A stretch of 31,953 bases of DNA, taken from NCBI GenBank assembly GCA_031409655.1, contig JANNXQ010000279.1, forward strand, positions 1 to 31,953. Reading direction: 5' to 3'. Below, in pieces: positions 30,470-31,953 of this stretch (its first letter is position 1; each line of letters opens with the position of its first letter). The stretch is from Chthoniobacteraceae bacterium. Its GTDB lineage: Bacteria; Verrucomicrobiota; Verrucomicrobiia; Chthoniobacterales; Chthoniobacteraceae. The notes under the pieces were generated by a model. It was not told the origin of the DNA. It saw only the letters and a program-made list of their open reading frames with translations, and ran no database searches. Position numbers and translations under genes: made by a program.

Positions 30470-31953
30470 TAGGCGGCTGCTTTTCCCGCCTGGCCGAGAG
30501 CGGCAGACATGACCTCGTGCGGATCGGGCGCAGCGCCAAACATCGCGGCGACGCGGCCTCCGCGCAGGACGGCGATGCGGTCGCTCATGCCGAGGATCTC
30601 GGGCAGATCGCTGGAGATGAGCAGCACGGCGAGGCCTTCCTTCGCGAGTCCGCGGATGATTTTGTGAATCTCCCCTTTCGCGCCGACATCCACACCCTGC
30701 GTGGGTTCGTCGAGGATGAGCACTTTCGGCTTCGTCGCGAGCCAGCGGGCAAGCGCGACCTTCTGCTGATTGCCGCCGCTGAGCGAACCGCCGGGCGCGT
30801 CGGGACCGGCGGTCTTGATGCCGAGCGAGCGGATGTAGTCCAGCGTGAGTCGGCGCTCGGCCTCGGTGCGCAACCATGAGCCGGGGAAGAGCGTCGGATG
30901 AATCGCCATGGTGACGTTGTCCGCGATCGGCATCTCGAGGATCACGCCATGGCGGCGGCGGTCTTCCGGGACGTAGGCGAAGCCGTGGGCGATGGCTTCC
31001 TGCGGGGAGGAAATGCGGACGCGTTGGCCGCGCAGAAGGATTTCGCCGGAGTCCGCGGGGGTGAGGCCGAAGAGGACGCGGGCGAGTTCCGTGCGGCCCG
31101 CGCCGACGAGTCCCGCGAGGCCGACGATCTCCCCGGCGCGCACTTCGAGGTCGATGCCACGCACTCCGCCAGCGGTGCAGCCGAGGCCGCGCAGGGCGAG
31201 GACGACGTCGCCGGGCGAGCTTTCGGCAGGCGGGTAAACGGCGGAGAGTTCGCGACCGACCATCATCTTGATGAGCGAGGCTTCGTTCATCCCGTCCACG
31301 GGATTCGTCCCAACGCTCGTGCCATCGCGCAGCACCGTGACGCGATCGGCGAGGGCGAAGATTTCTTCCAGTCGGTGCGAAATGTAGATCACGCCGACAC
31401 CGCGCGTGCGGAGACCACGGACGACGGCGAAGAGAAGGTGCTGCTCCTTCTGCGTGAGCGAAGCGGTGGGCTCGTCCATGATGACGATGCGCGCGCCGGA
31501 GCCGAGGGCGCAGGCGATTTCCACGAGCTGCTGTTCGGGCATGGAAAGCGCGCCGACCTCGCTCGCGGGATCGATCTCCGCGCCGATGCGGGCGAGCAGT
31601 TCCAACGCTTGCTGCCGACGCTCGGGCCATTGCACCCGTTGCCAGGTCGCGCCTTTTTCCAGACGCAGCGCGATATTTTCCTCGACGCTGAGATCTCGAA
31701 AGAGCGCCGGCTGCTGATAGATGCAGGCGATGCCGAGCGCGCGCGCCGTGGACGGCGTAAGGTGTGCGACGCGCTGGCCGCCGACTTTGAGCTCGCCGCC
31801 ATCCGGCTGATGCGCGCCGGTGATGACTTTGATGAGCGTGGATTTTCCTGCGCCGTTTTCGCCGAGGAGCGCGTGGACTTCGCCGGCTTGCAGCGAAAAC
31901 GAGACGCCTTTCAGCGCGCGCACGGCGCCGAAGGATTTTGCGATTTGAGTGAG
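30469..31953 (-). CDS. Sugar ABC transporter ATP-binding protein (RbsA/RhaT-like, two ABC domains); 5' end outside the window
   Basis: GENGAGKST, MDEPT, LSGGNQQK, LDEPTQGVDVG; the frame stays open to the window edge (LTQIAKSFG...). Confidence 0.95.
   Translation of the reverse strand, partial: LTQIAKSFGAVRALKGVSFSLQAGEVHALLGENGAGKSTLIKVITGAHQPDGGELKVGGQRVAHLTPSTARALGIACIYQQPALFRDLSVEENIALRLEKGATWQRVQWPERRQQALELLARIGAEIDPASEVGALSMPEQQLVEIACALGSGARIVIMDEPTASLTQKEQHLLFAVVRGLRTRGVGVIYISHRLEEIFALADRVTVLRDGTSVGTNPVDGMNEASLIKMMVGRELSAVYPPAESSPGDVVLALRGLGCTAGGVRGIDLEVRAGEIVGLAGLVGAGRTELARVLFGLTPADSGEILLRGQRVRISSPQEAIAHGFAYVPEDRRRHGVILEMPIADNVTMAIHPTLFPGSWLRTEAERRLTLDYIRSLGIKTAGPDAPGGSLSGGNQQKVALARWLATKPKVLILDEPTQGVDVGAKGEIHKIIRGLAKEGLAVLLISSDLPEILGMSDRIAVLRGGRVAAMFGAAPDPHEVMSAALGQAGKAAA

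Overview
GC-rich bacterial DNA, probably Verrucomicrobia-like (inferred from the REP-type palindromes, the C-terminal motif of the delta-60 protein and the homodimeric GlyRS). 1-14.3 kb holds a complete minus-strand type I-G (I-U) CRISPR-Cas locus: WYL regulator, vWA protein, cas3 with C-terminal HD, csx17, csb1, csb2, cas4-cas1, cas2, leader and array. Three small cassettes interrupt the operon: a RelE/ParE-like TA pair, a vapBC pair and an ORF6N-domain gene. The csb2/cas4-cas1 junction is present in three diverged copies that bracket two of these cassettes. The ORF6N cassette carries three related 29-31 bp palindromes that each encode the same peptide motif. 14.6-21.5 kb is a phage-satellite-like element (integrase, excisionase, helicase, putative ori, TerS-like gene) that abuts the 5' end of tRNA-Leu(TAA). 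Its left part contains a delta-60 repeat gene, a decayed hsdM with a 60-bp structured insert, and a duplicated TerS 3' end. 21.6-32 kb looks like ordinary chromosome: sterol desaturase, vWA/two-component/ECF cluster, glyQS and a sugar ABC ATPase. All family assignments come from motif recognition; no database searches were run.
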